Of a DNA stretch of 64,000 nt, positions 1 through 13,273 are shown in pieces (within the stretch, counting starts at the first letter, position 1; each line of letters opens with the position of its first letter). This DNA is from Trichoplax adhaerens. Its lineage: Eukaryota; Animalia; Placozoa. Both the position numbers and the translations under genes were made by a program. The stretch is from the NCBI RefSeq assembly GCF_000150275.1, contig NW_002060946.1:3553454-3617453 (forward strand). The letters run 5' to 3'. A model generated the notes under the pieces. That model had not been told where the DNA came from. It saw nothing but the letters and a program-made list of their open reading frames with translations, and did no database searches.

Positions 1-3000
1 CAGAAATCAATTTCAATTGAATTCATTCACTATACTGTACAGCGCAGTGTACAATGGACTTTACTGTGTTTCGGCAATCAGCAGTTGGCAATGGATGAGG
101 TACTGCACAGCAAGTCTCCATTTAACGTCAATTTGGTCGAGTCCCTAATTATAGTCCCTGATTATACAGTATATTACGTGTATAACATAGACATTACATA
201 GATTGCATTACGTATATACTGTGTATATTATAGCACAGTAGTTCATTACTTCATTCATCCTGATTGTAAATTCTAAATTTTGAATAGGTAAAGTGTATAT
301 CCATATGCTTTATACATCGCCGTACGTTACGGCAAATAGTATAACATAGATATAAAAAAAATATATATATATATATAGCGAATAGCTACGGCACAGGTAG
401 ATAGCTGTATATTACGTAATATGCATGCCCATTGCGCCAATTTCTAGAATTGTCCTAGGAATTTCTCTGCACAAAACCAAAATAATGAGCGTAACACTGG
501 CTGCAACGAAACTGCAAATATCTGCAGCTATTTTTTATTTTGCAGCAATGGCTAACTACAGAGTTGAAAACTCGACTCGAAAAAGCGAAAGAGAGCCTGT
601 TTGGAAATTTGTTCGTGGCTGATGCTTGTCAGTTGTCACAGAGATCATTGATTGGAGATCTCGATGATGTGATTGCGACCAAGCGTAAAGCAGCAGTCGG
701 CACTAGTACATTATTGGAAAGGATTGCAGACGGACGATAGCATTACTGTACCACTCCTTTGCTCAACTATCCATAATAGAAAGAGCAAATATGAATATGT
801 ATTTATTCGGGATTGCACTCATACCCATTTTTTAACCCGCTAATGTGCAGGGCATGTGCTACTTGCTGAGTCCAGAACGTATCCGTATTTTGCAGCACAC
901 TGCAAGATACTGTACTGTACAGTGTCCAATGTGCACACCACGGTCACTACAGTAGTGTCGAGGTTGATACTTGGACTGCATTACTACTACTGTACTGAGG
1001 GGTAGTCAATCCCGTTGGCACAGTACAGTACGGTACAGTGTACAGTGTACAGTATTTACATCCTGTCAGAGGAGTACTGTAACTGTACTGTATCAACATG
1101 AAGGAACTCAACAGTGAGCGAGCGAACCGAACCTTAAGGGGAGGCTGCGACGAGTGAATTTCTTCAAAAGGGGCAGAAAAAACGTGTACTGTATATATAG
1201 TCGTCAACAGGTTTCTTGGACTACTGTATTCATACTTTGATACGGTAGTCATCATTGCAAAGGCTAGGCAAGATACGATCACTTCTTACAACATTAACTA
1301 TCCATTCTTCTAGCTTTCTATACTAGTACCACATGGACAAGGAAGATTGATTGCAAAGGGTGAAGTACAACAAGTAGCCTTTCCCTTTTGCGGTTTAGCT
1401 CGCTAGCGATAGATTGATAACTCTCTGTTCCAAGCAAGCACTACTGCCGCTGACAACCGTAGACTAACTATATGGTTTGAAGCGTTTGAACCTTGACCGC
1501 CAGTCATTCACTATAGCTATTGCACTCTTCTCCACAGCTATCCTACCGATGGATTGCAAGATAAGGTTAAAATTTGATTTGACAAGAATTAATGTATTAT
1601 ATTATAATTCCAAGATTGTGAATAAATGTTGGATAATTTCATATGTGCATGTGGCAAATGAAGCTTCAATTATCTTTGACATGAATATCTATCCTTTCGC
1701 CCGCGCTACACAATAAAATGCATAATCTCAATCTGATAGACTACTGTAAGACAATCAACTAATTACAGTGCTACTAAGGTTATCCTATGTGATCGCGCGC
1801 TCGTTATGTTACCAACTTAGGATTTAATGGACTTATTTATACGCGTGCTGCAGCTGTAAAATAGTGTCTACTTCACAACTTCGATCCTCACAAGATTAAA
1901 GTACATACTCTCTTGTCATCGTTTTGTATTTCGTCAACGATTAACCATGGTATTTGCAGGGGCATGCTCCGATTAATTACAATGAGTAGCAACAGTCATA
2001 GGCATGGTATTTTACGTATAGCGCGATATGTCCAACATGACGTTTTTGCTTTTTTGACTTGTCATTTCATGGTTTGCCCATTATCGAGGTATACAGTCAT
2101 TGGATTTTATTTGAGACACAGCATTCTAGTTTAAAACCTCAACATTTATTTTTTTCCACTAACTCAGTGCCTATGCCGCTTACTTTTCTTCCCAATAGTT
2201 TAAGAATATAAGCTACGCCTCTATGGCAATATCATATTATACAAATTCACAGGTAAAAGAAAAATCTGTAAGTCCGTTACACCGTACGGTAGTACAGAAA
2301 ATCAAGACTAATTCTTCGCGCTCTTTAGGATTGGATATCAGCACACTAAGTACAGCATACAGTAGTACAATAATTCCGCTACAACAGCATGCAATAATAA
2401 TCCTGTATTATTAATGCACAATTATCAATGAAAAAGCCTCAACTTATTACGATAATACACTTCGTTATTACGTTCACTCTTCTCCTTGACGATAATACGT
2501 ATATCACATCAATTAATTTCAGTATCTAACTAATCATGGTAACATGTAACAAGCTTTTTCCTTATCCTGTACTCTACAGTATAGCCTTATAGTTCACCAA
2601 CACATTCTACAGCATTCGTCATTATACGATATTTAGAATTATTCGTAAAAGAGTCGCAAAAGACCAATCAAATTTCACTGACTAACTGCTTAATTACAGA
2701 TATTTATTATGAATATAATAGCGGTGCATAGGAAAACCCTAGAGATGAACTTGCACTATGATTCGATTAGACAATTTTTACGGCACGAAATTTGAATACA
2801 GTACCGTAGTCGGTGACCAATTAGCTTATCAACCTCAGCATCGCACATTCTAAGCCTTCATTCAGAATTGATAAATCTGGCGCTATACATAATAGTAATA
2901 TAATTAAGATGATATTCCTATGTGAATGCGAGTATCAGCTACTTGAATATTTGTAGCTACAGTTTTAAATGAATCAAGTCACAGCTAATTTACGATCACA

Positions 3001-3070
3001 GTTATTTTTTACTGTTATTTATAAAACTAAGACTAAAATAACATGTATATATGTACGGTTACTACATTAG

Positions 3071-6000
3071 GAGTACTGATGATTCTCTAATGGTTTCGAA
3101 AACGGAAAATAAAAGAAAAGCCGATGTAAGTGAATCACACTAATTTGTGACTATATCACCGATGGTGATTATATTACTGTTTCTAAGTAAATGTATAAAG
3201 CAATTTAACTTAAACTTGTAATTTCCGTACTTTTCGATATCGTCGTTGATAGACCAGACTCGCAATTACAATTGCTCGTGCAACGCCTAGACATTGTTGC
3301 ACATTGTAAGTATAAGCTAAGTGTGAATTAGCCGTAACAAATATGTTTTAACCAACGTATAGGATTTAGAAGGTGATCCTGCGAGAAAATTGCAAGCCAG
3401 AGACGTATGTATTAGCGTTAGACTATACAATATTCATTTTGTGCAGATGATAGCATACTATATCGTTATCATTTTACTACACTGTAGTTTGCAAATTTCG
3501 CAAACCCACTTTATGTTCTGTTAATATTAAAGTACTATGCTTGTTTCACACTCAACATCAGATCTCTGCTATATGCCCAGTTTGCAGTATTCTTAGTAAT
3601 TACAGTACATCGGGCTCAATTTATTTATTTTATTCACACTCGCGTTTGCCGGTTTTAGTCTACTCGAAAATCTCTCCTTATAAATCACTAGCAGTCGACC
3701 ACTACCGACAATGGTACTATACAGTAGCATCGTTCAAGGACAATTCTACCTCAATTATAATGACAGTGATGATGATATTCGCTAAGTAGAGAATAAAAGG
3801 AGCACCCGTCCGATTAGAGAAAGGAAATACAATACTGTGTTTTCATTTGCATAATTTTTGTATATACTACAAGTGTCTTTCGTTTTACAATTTTCCGACC
3901 TCATGCAACATCAATTTTTACTAGTCCCACTTCAGTTATCAATATACGAAATTTTACGACTATCAGAGATCAATCTTTTTCTAATCATCCATTTTACAAT
4001 CAGTTGAAATACGAGTATGTACTGTTTGTATGAAATTAAATAGAAAATTTCCTTACATATACTCGCTGTCGACTATAAAACCTACGCAGCCTCACCAACA
4101 CAGTTGCTTATTACCGTATGAATGAACGTTCAAGAAAACAAGACATTCCCGCCAATTTATTTATTGGCGCCAATAGAATCTGTCATCTGACACAATTCCT
4201 TTGTCATACATCATTCTAATTGGTGTTAGCGTAACAATGCAAATCCTTACGTCACGATCGTTGAAATTTTAATAGTACAGTACAATATTTGATGAGTTGG
4301 TATGGTATAATGTATGGTCTGGTACGGTACCGTACACTAGAGTTCTATACAAATCATGTTATTAGGCGCCAGGCGCCTACCAATGAATGAATTTTTATGC
4401 AATAGATCCACCCATCTCTTGACTCATCCGGAACTATAGCACTAATTAATTTTAATATTCTGAAGGTTCCAGTTAACTCCTTTTGCAAATAGAATTATTG
4501 CTATCGTATCACCCAAATCGGTGCTTTAAAGGAGACGTCTGTCCGTAATTAGTCGACCAACGTGTCGTGTCCTATTGGAATTACAGTACCAGTTTGTAAA
4601 ACAATATAACATTTGGCGATCCAGTACAGTATCCATTGAAATAATAACCGGTAACAAACTCTATTCCTAGGAGGATTTACCTGCGAAATATGATTTCAGT
4701 GGTATTTCAACATCTTTAACAACTACAACCCCTTTCGATTCACCTACCACACCGAAAATTCAAGAAGTTGCTGGTTGCAACCAACACGCGCGGGAGAATA
4801 ATAACCTGTCAATCTCCAGTAGCCCTTTACCTGTCTTAAGCTGGGCTGACAGGAAAGAAGTGTGGCAAGTTATGATAGAAAATGATAATAATTTCAAGCG
4901 CAGCCCAGATTGCTTTGATCGACATCCAAATCTTGTTCCAAACATGAGAGGCATCCTTTTAGACTGGATGATGGAGGTAGGATAATACTTGATGTTGATT
5001 ATCGCAATGTAGTATCTTCACCTTCACTGGTACTATACACTTGCTATTAACTTAACCTTAAAAGACAAATATAAGAATACTATTAGCCGATATATCAAAC
5101 TTGGATATGTGCTGTTTAGATTCTATTGATATAATGCATTCATTACACCTTGATAATACTACCCAGTCAGAGTATATCAATTACATCGTTGTTTACATTG
5201 TAACTTTACCATGTTGTTTACAGTACTTCGTAAGAAGTTTTTATCGATATTATCGACCAATATATGAGCTAATCCAGATTGTATATCAATCTTTCAGGTG
5301 TGTGAATCGTTTAAGATGCAAAGAGAAACATTTTACATGGCCATGGATTACTTAGACAGATACTTATCACTTAGCGATAACATTCTCAAGCAAAAACTAC
5401 AGTTAATTGGTACAACCTGTTTATTCATTGCTGCAAAAATTGAGGTTATTAGCTAATAATAAAATAAGGCCTAAAACTGATACTTTATGATTACGTATCA
5501 ACTATTGTAGCTCTCTGTATGAATTTGTGTTAATACTATATGGTCTTGTACGATAAATATCTGTGAGAATCAGCTTTCGTATTATCTAATTGGGAGGTGT
5601 ACAATTGCGACCAAGTTCTCGATGAACTTCTGTTGTGTTGTACATAATATAATTCTGTAATATTTATGTCGTTATGATTCACTAAATTAAGGCTATTTTT
5701 GGATTTAGGAAATCCAGCCGCCACAGGTATCAGAATTTGCGTATGTTACCGATAGTGCGTGCAGTGAAGATGATATAATCAAATTAGAGCTTCAACTACT
5801 TCAGGTACAGTTGCTAAATTCAATTCCGTAAGATTTTCTTATTATGCAGTTAAAACTTCCTATTTAATCTACGCTTAGACACTGGAATTCCAGCTCTCAC
5901 CAGTTACGGTAACATCCTGGCTGAATGTCTATGTGCAACTATTTAATATCAAATTATCATCGCAAGAGCCTGTTGGTGACATGCTATATCCAACTTATTG

Positions 6001-6840
6001 TGGTGATCTATACATGAAAGCAATTCGAGTAATGCAAGCCATCTTAATTTTGTAAAATTTATACGTTAATATGCAGTTTATTTACGGCTAAATGAAAGCC
6101 ATACACGTAATCGTAATCGACTGCTCTTTTCAACTTTTTAGTTGATAGATTTATGCATACTAGATTCTTGGTGCCTCATGCACTCCTATAGAAGTATCGC
6201 TGCTTCTGCCTTCTATTTAATTGCTCCATCCAAGCAATTAGCTATTGATTGCACTGGTATGTTAAATTGAGTTTACGTAACGAATTGAAAACGAAAATCT
6301 CGTTATCAGTAAAATCCACTCTAACTTTTCAATTTGTTTCAATGCAAGGACCTACAATACTTAATCAATTTTTTCTACTCCTTTCAGGGTATTTATGGGA
6401 AAATCTCACTAGCTGTATATCCTGGATGATGCCTAAATACGAAACTGTAAAGAAATACTGTACTTCCTATGAAATCCAAACTATTAACAATGTAATATTG
6501 AATTTTGATTATCTGTTACATCTATTGCAATTAGAGTCTATTTTTTAAGTTAGTTTCTTATATGATCTTTGTAATATAGATTCCAAAGCTTGACCTGCAT
6601 AGGATTCAGACTCATCACGTTGATCTTACGTTGCTGGTACACCATTACCTGTAAATAGCTTCTTTGAAATGTACTATAATAATTACTATTATCATTTCCC
6701 CTCGCTAGGAAAAATCACAGGTAATAGCTGACAAATTAACTACAAACGCGTTTATTGATCAACCCGCTTCCCCGAAAGTATCTGAAGCTGTGATAACTCC
6801 TCCTGACAGCAGCAAAAAGAAAAAATTTAGATCAGATTAA
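3071..6840 (+). CDS. CCNE: G1/S cyclin E (spliced; first coding exon uncertain)
   Basis: Exons 3071-3125, 4671-4976, 5298-5444, 5709-5804, 5879-6028, 6142-6256, 6388-6491, 6580-6636, 6709-6840, all GT-AG and in frame. Motifs: KRKAD NLS, SPLPVLSWADRKEVW, cyclin box MRGILLDWMMEVCE...RETFYMAMDYLDRYL...LQLIGTTCLFIAAKIEEI, and C-terminal ITPPDS (Fbw7 degron-like). Start could be ATG 3090 or an upstream phase-2 exon (1098-1153, or 1982-2001 with a GC donor). Confidence 0.95.
4145..4379. promoter_or_regulatory. Intronic cluster of E2F-like sites and palindromes in cyclin E
   Basis: ATTCCCGCCAAT (4145-4156), palindrome TATTGGCGCCAATA (4162-4175), palindrome GTACGGTACCGTAC (4322-4335), TAGGCGCC-A-GGCGCCTA (~4363-4379). 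Cyclin E is an established E2F target. Confidence 0.55.
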
Positions 6841-7863
6841 ATTTTCTTAAAGTTATTTGCATTTGTTAGTTATGTATTAAATATGTTCAATATTCTTTTA
6901 TTACTGTAAAAAATTACATCATATTGAGATTTCGTTTTCACAGTTACGTCATTGCATTATTAATATCAAGTATCGTTGTTATTGAACATATCTGAAAGAT
7001 ATACTGTATATTAATGTTTTGACGACAAAATTGTGCTTTTTGCACTATAATATGTAAAAATGTTTTAGATTTCAATCGAAGCATTAAAAGCATAGTATAA
7101 CGATAGTCAATTTTTTTAAATGCAATTATTACTTATAATTATTTGACTGTATTTGGCTAATCTGTTTCATACATGGAAATGGAAGCTTTGTTGTATCTAA
7201 CATCGCTGCAAGGTATATCAATGAAATACCTATCTATAAGAGAATAATTATTCCTTCTTTATCTATTGTAGTCCTTATTTAGTAATTTTGTACATAAGCA
7301 ATGGGGTACACTAAGCACTAAAACAACCTCGAAATTTCAAGCCAGCGAGTGCAAGATGAATGTGAATTGTACTGTACACACTTAGAACATGCTTTCTACA
7401 TCTTATTCTGAATGTATACCGTGCCGTATAATATTATATATTGTGTTCCACGTATAAGAATTTCTATCATTTGGTTATTGTAATAAAATTTTTGGCGATT
7501 TCATAGAGTGCTATTCTACGTCTTAAAAACGTCAACAGTGTCATTAGCCGTTACTATGATTTTTTTTGCAAATTGCCGTAAAAGTTTAACTTGATAAAAG
7601 CTACTGTACGTATAATTGATTGATTGATACTTTGAGAAGGGCCTCATGAATTGTACTAACGAGCATATTTCATTAACGCCATTTCCTATTTAGCATCTAC
7701 TAAGAATCTAACGAAATTTTGCGAGTACCACGCAGACTACGAGTTTTTCAAACAATGGTACGAAAAGGTCAGACGTACGAATTCTTAACTATAGCTATTA
7801 TCCATTTAGCGTACAACCACAAATAATCCTTTCAATATATAAATCCAATAATTTATGGGTATC

Positions 7864-7884
7864 TTTATTTCACTATGAAATAAA
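7864..7884. terminator. Candidate bidirectional poly(A) signal between convergent cyclin E and SNRPB
   Basis: TTTATTTCA-CTA-TGAAATAAA is a perfect 9-bp inverted repeat giving AATAAA on both strands, about 200 nt past the SNRPB stop. Confidence 0.5.
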
Positions 7885-8072
7885 CTTAAATACCTAAGGT
7901 CGAGATTAAAACACATTTTTGGAGCTGAGAAATGTAACAAAAAAAAGCCTTCCTATGGTGGTCAAGCAGTAGCATTTACAGAATCTGACAATTTGTCGGA
8001 ATTTAAGTCGGTATTGATGAATAGAATATAAAATATACAAAACTTCAACACAGTGTATTAAGGAAAAAAGTA

Positions 8073-11000
8073 TTACGATGGTGGCGGACGAGCCCCTGTT
8101 GGTGGTCCTAGTAGATATTTGAATAAAATATCATGAATTTAATATAATTAAAAACGTTCATTGACTTTACTCAGATACAAATTTGCACTTACGAGGAGGC
8201 ATTCCGGGTGGAGGAACTCCTGGCATACCTGGCGGAGGCATACCCCTTGACATACCTAGAAATTCACAATGTTAAAAATTTGCAAACTATATCTTTCTTA
8301 TATAACAGAATTGTTACAATATCAAAGGAAGCAATATCCTCAAAATAAAATTAGCCTACCAGCAGGCGGCATAGGTGGCATCCCAAATAGCGGAGGACCG
8401 CCAGGAGGACCTATGTTGAGTGAATTTATATTTAGACATGTAAGAAATCTTTATATTAAAGAGTGCTTTATAAAACCTAACAGATGTTACTCAGAAAACA
8501 GTATTATCTAAAGATGAAAATACTAGACACAGCGTGTAAGTTACCTGGTGGCATTCTTGGAGGCATACCACGGCCCATCATTGGGGGCCCTAAAGATCAC
8601 CGAAAAATAAATCATTTATCATCCGAACTACTTTCAAATGGGCTTACGAAAACGAGTAATATCATAAAGTAGTACATATGATACCTCCAATAGGAGCTGC
8701 AGGACGGGGTGGGCCACCTGGAGGCATTGAACCTATAAACGAAAAATTTATTCACTTGAGTTATGTGTTGATAGACAAGTATAATTGCTCGCAGTTCAAA
8801 ATCTGTGAGAGCATTGTAATTTTTTTGTCGGCTATTAATTTTCATCACGTACCTGGAGGGCCAGGAACTGCCGAAGGTGGAAATTGTGGAGGTGCTATTA
8901 ATTTAGAAATTTCGCTGAATAAGACTTCATGGAATATTTACCGCACTAAAATATCAACACTGAGATAAACAAGAATGCAAAAACTATACCCTTACCACCA
9001 CTAGCCCCACGACCTTGAGGTGTCATAACTTGTTGTCCAGGCCCACCAACACCTTTTGCAGGTCCCGAAAGGCCTGTTTGATAAACAGAAGAAATTGCAA
9101 TCTCTCAGTATAACTATGAAAAGCAATGCATCAGTACAGAAAGTATTTTAGAGTTGGTAGATATTTAATAATAACCAGGTGGAGCAGCTGCTGCAGGAGC
9201 AACGGGCACTCCCCTTCCTGCTGCACGGCCAATGCCAGGACCAGGAGTGGCAGAAAAGCCAGGAACTCTTGCTCTTTCCTATATAAAGTTAATACCAGAC
9301 TTGTCAGTCATACAACAACACACTCGTGTGATATACGAGTTTCTCGTTTATTGTATTGCAGGACATATATAACAAAAACCTTGCTTGAATTTATAAATGA
9401 AATAAACATAAATTTAAGATACCTAAATGTTGTCATTTCTACAATAAGTACCATTTGCACAAATAGTACACTTGACAAACGTGGATGAAATGATCGAATG
9501 TTAGGGAAAATACAGTAGTTATATTACACCTATTTATACGATTGATTGATCATAATCACCATCATGAACATTTCAACCGTTCAGTCAATTACATCTTTTC
9601 CGGTATTTCATACACTAGAATGATATTTAATTTATCTGAAGGTTGTTTTAATATCCCATCCATGGAACAGTTAACTCTTCTACAGTATAGTACAATCTTT
9701 TTCATCTTTAGGAATACCCATTCTTTTGATTCATTATCCTCAAATAAGTACTATGCAATGACTATAAGTACAGTCGTATAAATAACCTAAAATTTATACT
9801 TATAGCTTTTAATCAATTCTATAAACGAGTTATCATCGAAATACTACTAATTTTCAATACAACAAGTAATGCTACGAATTTCAAGGCATAGTATTTACTA
9901 TACTATAATATTCGAATCAGACTTCTCGCATATTAATAAAAATAATATTAAATGAGTCTACGCATACAACGTATACTGTAGCACTTTCCTGTACAGCAAA
10001 TATCACTCAAATCTCAATACTCATCCATTATATTGATATTAGAATGCATTGAGCAAAGATATGGGCTACCAAATGCAACTGCAGCCTTAATGGTCCAAGG
10101 CAATGACTATGGCGGGCACAAAATAACCGATAAATGACTCAGTCGATGACTGTACCTCGCTGTTACACGAGCATGAGATATCAATAATCTGCTATCTGTG
10201 GTAGTATTACTCGTATGTAAGCCTATCCTTTTCACCACTGCTGGCAAACTTTCAGGACTCAAAATTTCCATTTTGATGTTAATAATAAATTTATAACTAC
10301 CGCTTTCAGAATGAACTCGTTCTCACCAATCATTACCCTATAGAGTACAGTTATGCATATGATGGACTCCATAATACGCTGTAAATACATAAAGTGAAAA
10401 CACCAAGAAAGAAACATACTAATATACTGTACAGTACAACAAACACGCAACACTAAGGAAAACGACGAAACCACTGCAAATCTTCACTTTTTAGCTATTC
10501 TAGATCTTTCAAGCACTATGGAGAATTAGTTTTAACTGAGTAATTCTGTATAATACTACTCTGTCTTTAACGTAAATTGACTGCTATGCTGCAAATGGGA
10601 TACCGTCACAGTTATAATGTAACTAAAAATGAATCATTATCCCAAGCAACATCGAATGTTGTCTATGAATCGAAGTTAGCAGCAACTACCGTTCAAAGCT
10701 ATAACATTTATCCTTTTCCACAAGTCCACACATTGTATCTCTAACATTGTCTATGGATGGAAAGCTATGGCATGGCAAAACTAACATGTGAAGCCACAAA
10801 GGTTATCATTGTCCCAAGCCACATGTACAAAAAAGCTACTACTCAATGTGCTCATTCCTGCAACGTTGTCTATAAATGGAAATCAGTGGCAACTACTGTG
10901 CAAAGCAATCAAAAAATGATGATTGTCTCTAGCAACATGTAAGTGCTACAAGTCCACAGATTATCTATGAATTGAAATTGGCGCAACTACCTTGCGAAGC

Positions 11001-11915
11001 TGTCCATGCTGTAGTTTATAACCTAAAGTCCACACACTAGCACCTGTAATATCAGCTATGGATCCAAAACTGTGGCAAACTACCGTACCAAGCTACTAAA
11101 GATGTCCTCATATACCAACACACCACTGAATGGAAAACTGTAACAACAATTGCTTCAAGCTACAAAATGATGTTATTGTCTCACATTGTAGGCAAAATAG
11201 AGCTACTAACTCATGTAGTAGCGCCTGCAATGTCGTCTACGAATTGAAAGATGTGATCACTATTGCGTACAACTCGTCAATTTTATCTTCAAGTTGAAGT
11301 TTGATAGGCCAACTGTAGTAGAGAGATGAAAAAGTGAAACATAATGCTCTCTCATTTCAAGAACTCCTAAAACGTCGAGTCCATTGGCGGTCTTGACTAT
11401 TATTATTGATACGGTCATTACTAGTCATCACTGTCCATTATTCAGTAGTTGAGAAGAAGAAGAGCAATGAACATTAACTGTACAGAATAGGGGGAATAGT
11501 CATGGCATTGGATGAAATGCCTTTTTATGTCACATCTACCGATGACATGGACAAGAAGACTTACTTCTGCTGGCGGAGGACCTTCCACTGTTAACGACAC
11601 CAGATTTTCACCACGTAATATTACTAAGCCTAAAGACCTTTTTTCTTCACGTTCTTGATTCTTGGATGACTTTGATTTAATCTTACGAAATTCATCACAA
11701 TCCCCCAATACAATATTCATATGTTTATCATAAGCTAATAAAGTACCAATAAACATCCTTGTATCCTGCAAAGTGGCGCGCATCCTGTAATTGATGTGCA
11801 TAGCCATCTTGGATTTTTTACTGACAGGCTAAAAAAGCGACAAGAAATAATACAAGAAAGGGTTACAAAAAAGATATTAGCTTCAAAAGAAGATTAGGAT
11901 GGATTCAAATACCAT
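8073..11915 (-). CDS. SNRPB: Small nuclear ribonucleoprotein SmB/B'
   Basis: Exons (minus strand): 11915-11913 (ATG only), 11828-11565, 9278-9176, 9073-8996, 8894-8853, 8732-8685, 8589-8545, 8410-8360, 8255-8193, 8107-8073. Sm domain [12 protein letters not shown]...[26 protein letters not shown]...[28 protein letters not shown], then [27 protein letters not shown] and a Pro/Gly/Met-rich tail. Confidence 0.97.
10560..11290. repeat. Degenerate tandem repeat (~7 copies, ~80-120 bp) in SNRPB intron 2
   Basis: Recurrent core resembling TTGTCTATGAATxGAAA...GCAACTACxxTxCAAAGC near 10655, 10745, 10862, 10962, 11050, 11127 and 11230. Confidence 0.65.
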
Positions 11916-12109
11916 GATTGCTGTCCAAGATTACTTCGATACAACTGATGAAGAAGGATAATGTCAGATCGTCGATTCAAGATGGTCTACCCACTTGCAA
12001 GTTACAACGACGCACTTGAGACGTTCCAATGCACCTTCCACTCTATACCACTGCAGTATAGTTCCTTTTTCACTGTGGCCAGTCGCTGCCATCAGTCCTG
12101 GACTGCTGT

Positions 12110-13060
12110 ACTCAACACTGTACTGTAGTGTATTCAGTACTAAGTATTGTAGTACTGACAGTACAGTACTGTACACTGTACACCACGGTATCCCAGAATT
12201 CTGGGCTAGCGTAGAACAATCTACTGTACAATACCAGTGTTTACAGCACAGTGTACAGTACACTCAACTGTACAGTACAGTACCGCATCCTAGAATTCAG
12301 GGCCAGGCTTCTTCTCTACAGTACAGTACTTCTATTGGTACTGTTCTGTGGTAAACTCAGTACTAAGTATTGTAGTTCTGACAGTACAGTACAGTACAGT
12401 ACAGTACTGTACACTGTACGCTACAGTACAGTACTGTACACTGTACGCTACAGTACAGTACTGTACACTACGGTATCCCAGAATTCTGGGCTAGCGTAGA
12501 ACAGTCTACTGTACAATACCAGTGTTTACAGCACAGTGTACAGTACCGCATCCCAGAATTCAGGGCCAAGCTTCTTCACTACTTTTACTGGTACTGTTCT
12601 GTGGTATACTCAGTACTAAGTATTGTAGTTCTGACAGTACACTACGGTATCCCAGAATTCTGGACTAGCGTAGAACAGTCTACTGTACAATACCAGTGTT
12701 TACAGCACAGTGTACTGTACAGTACAGTACCGCATCCCAGAATTCTGGGCCAGGCTTCTACACTACTGTACAGTACAGTATACTCAGTACTAAGTATTGT
12801 AGTTCGGACAGTACTGTACAGTGTACACTCGACACTCTACTGTACACGACCGTATCCCACAATTCTGGGCTACCGTAGAACAGTCTACTGTACTGTACAA
12901 TACCAGTGTTTACACTACCGTACAGTACCGTATCCCAGAATTCTGGGCTACCGTAGTACAGTATCCTGTACGTATTGTATCGTACAGTACTACGGTGGCC
13001 TAGAATTCTGGGATACTGGAGTACTGTACTGTACAGTAAACACTGTACATTGTACAATGG
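12110..13060. repeat. Higher-order tandem repeat with palindromic CCCAGAATTCTGGG core in the SNRPB/BtpA divergent intergenic region
   Basis: Nine exact or near-exact cores at 12192, 12289, 12477, 12552, 12651, 12736, 12856, 12934 and 12999. A and B subunits alternate, separated by (TACAG)/(TACTG)-rich linkers. Confidence 0.9.
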
Positions 13061-13273
13061 CAAAACAATGGGGCAGGAAATGACTGGTGAGTTGAAGGGT
13101 CCAAAGTCCACACCAGAGCTCGGAAAATTTTGAAATGTCTTTGCGGTCGGCAAACTGCAAAACTACATTTAAAGGCATACTGTAGAGGTTTGTAGCCTTC
13201 TACTGTATTTAGCGCACGGTATCGCTCGAGTGTTTTCACACTGGCAAACCCTTCTTTCGACTACGTATGAAGA

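Noticed and set aside
4493-4670. Additional cyclin E exon upstream of 4671
   Set aside because: Stops occur in all frames across the candidate, and exon 3071-3125 already joins 4671 in phase 0.
8269-9488. Plus-strand Gly/Pro-rich ORFs
   Set aside because: Antisense shadows of the SNRPB tail exons.
9279-11564. Autoregulatory poison exon in the long SNRPB intron, as known in vertebrates
   Set aside because: Only weak candidates were found (e.g. minus strand ~10257-10211), without convincing splice signals; RNA-seq under NMD inhibition would be needed.
12110-13060. CRISPR-like array (palindromic repeats with intervening sequence)
   Set aside because: The intervening sequences are homologous to each other and vary in length, there are no cas genes, and the context is eukaryotic.
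11964-13239. Many overlapping ORFs rich in YSTV/CTVQ
   Set aside because: Artefacts of stop-poor TACAG/TACTG repeats on both strands.
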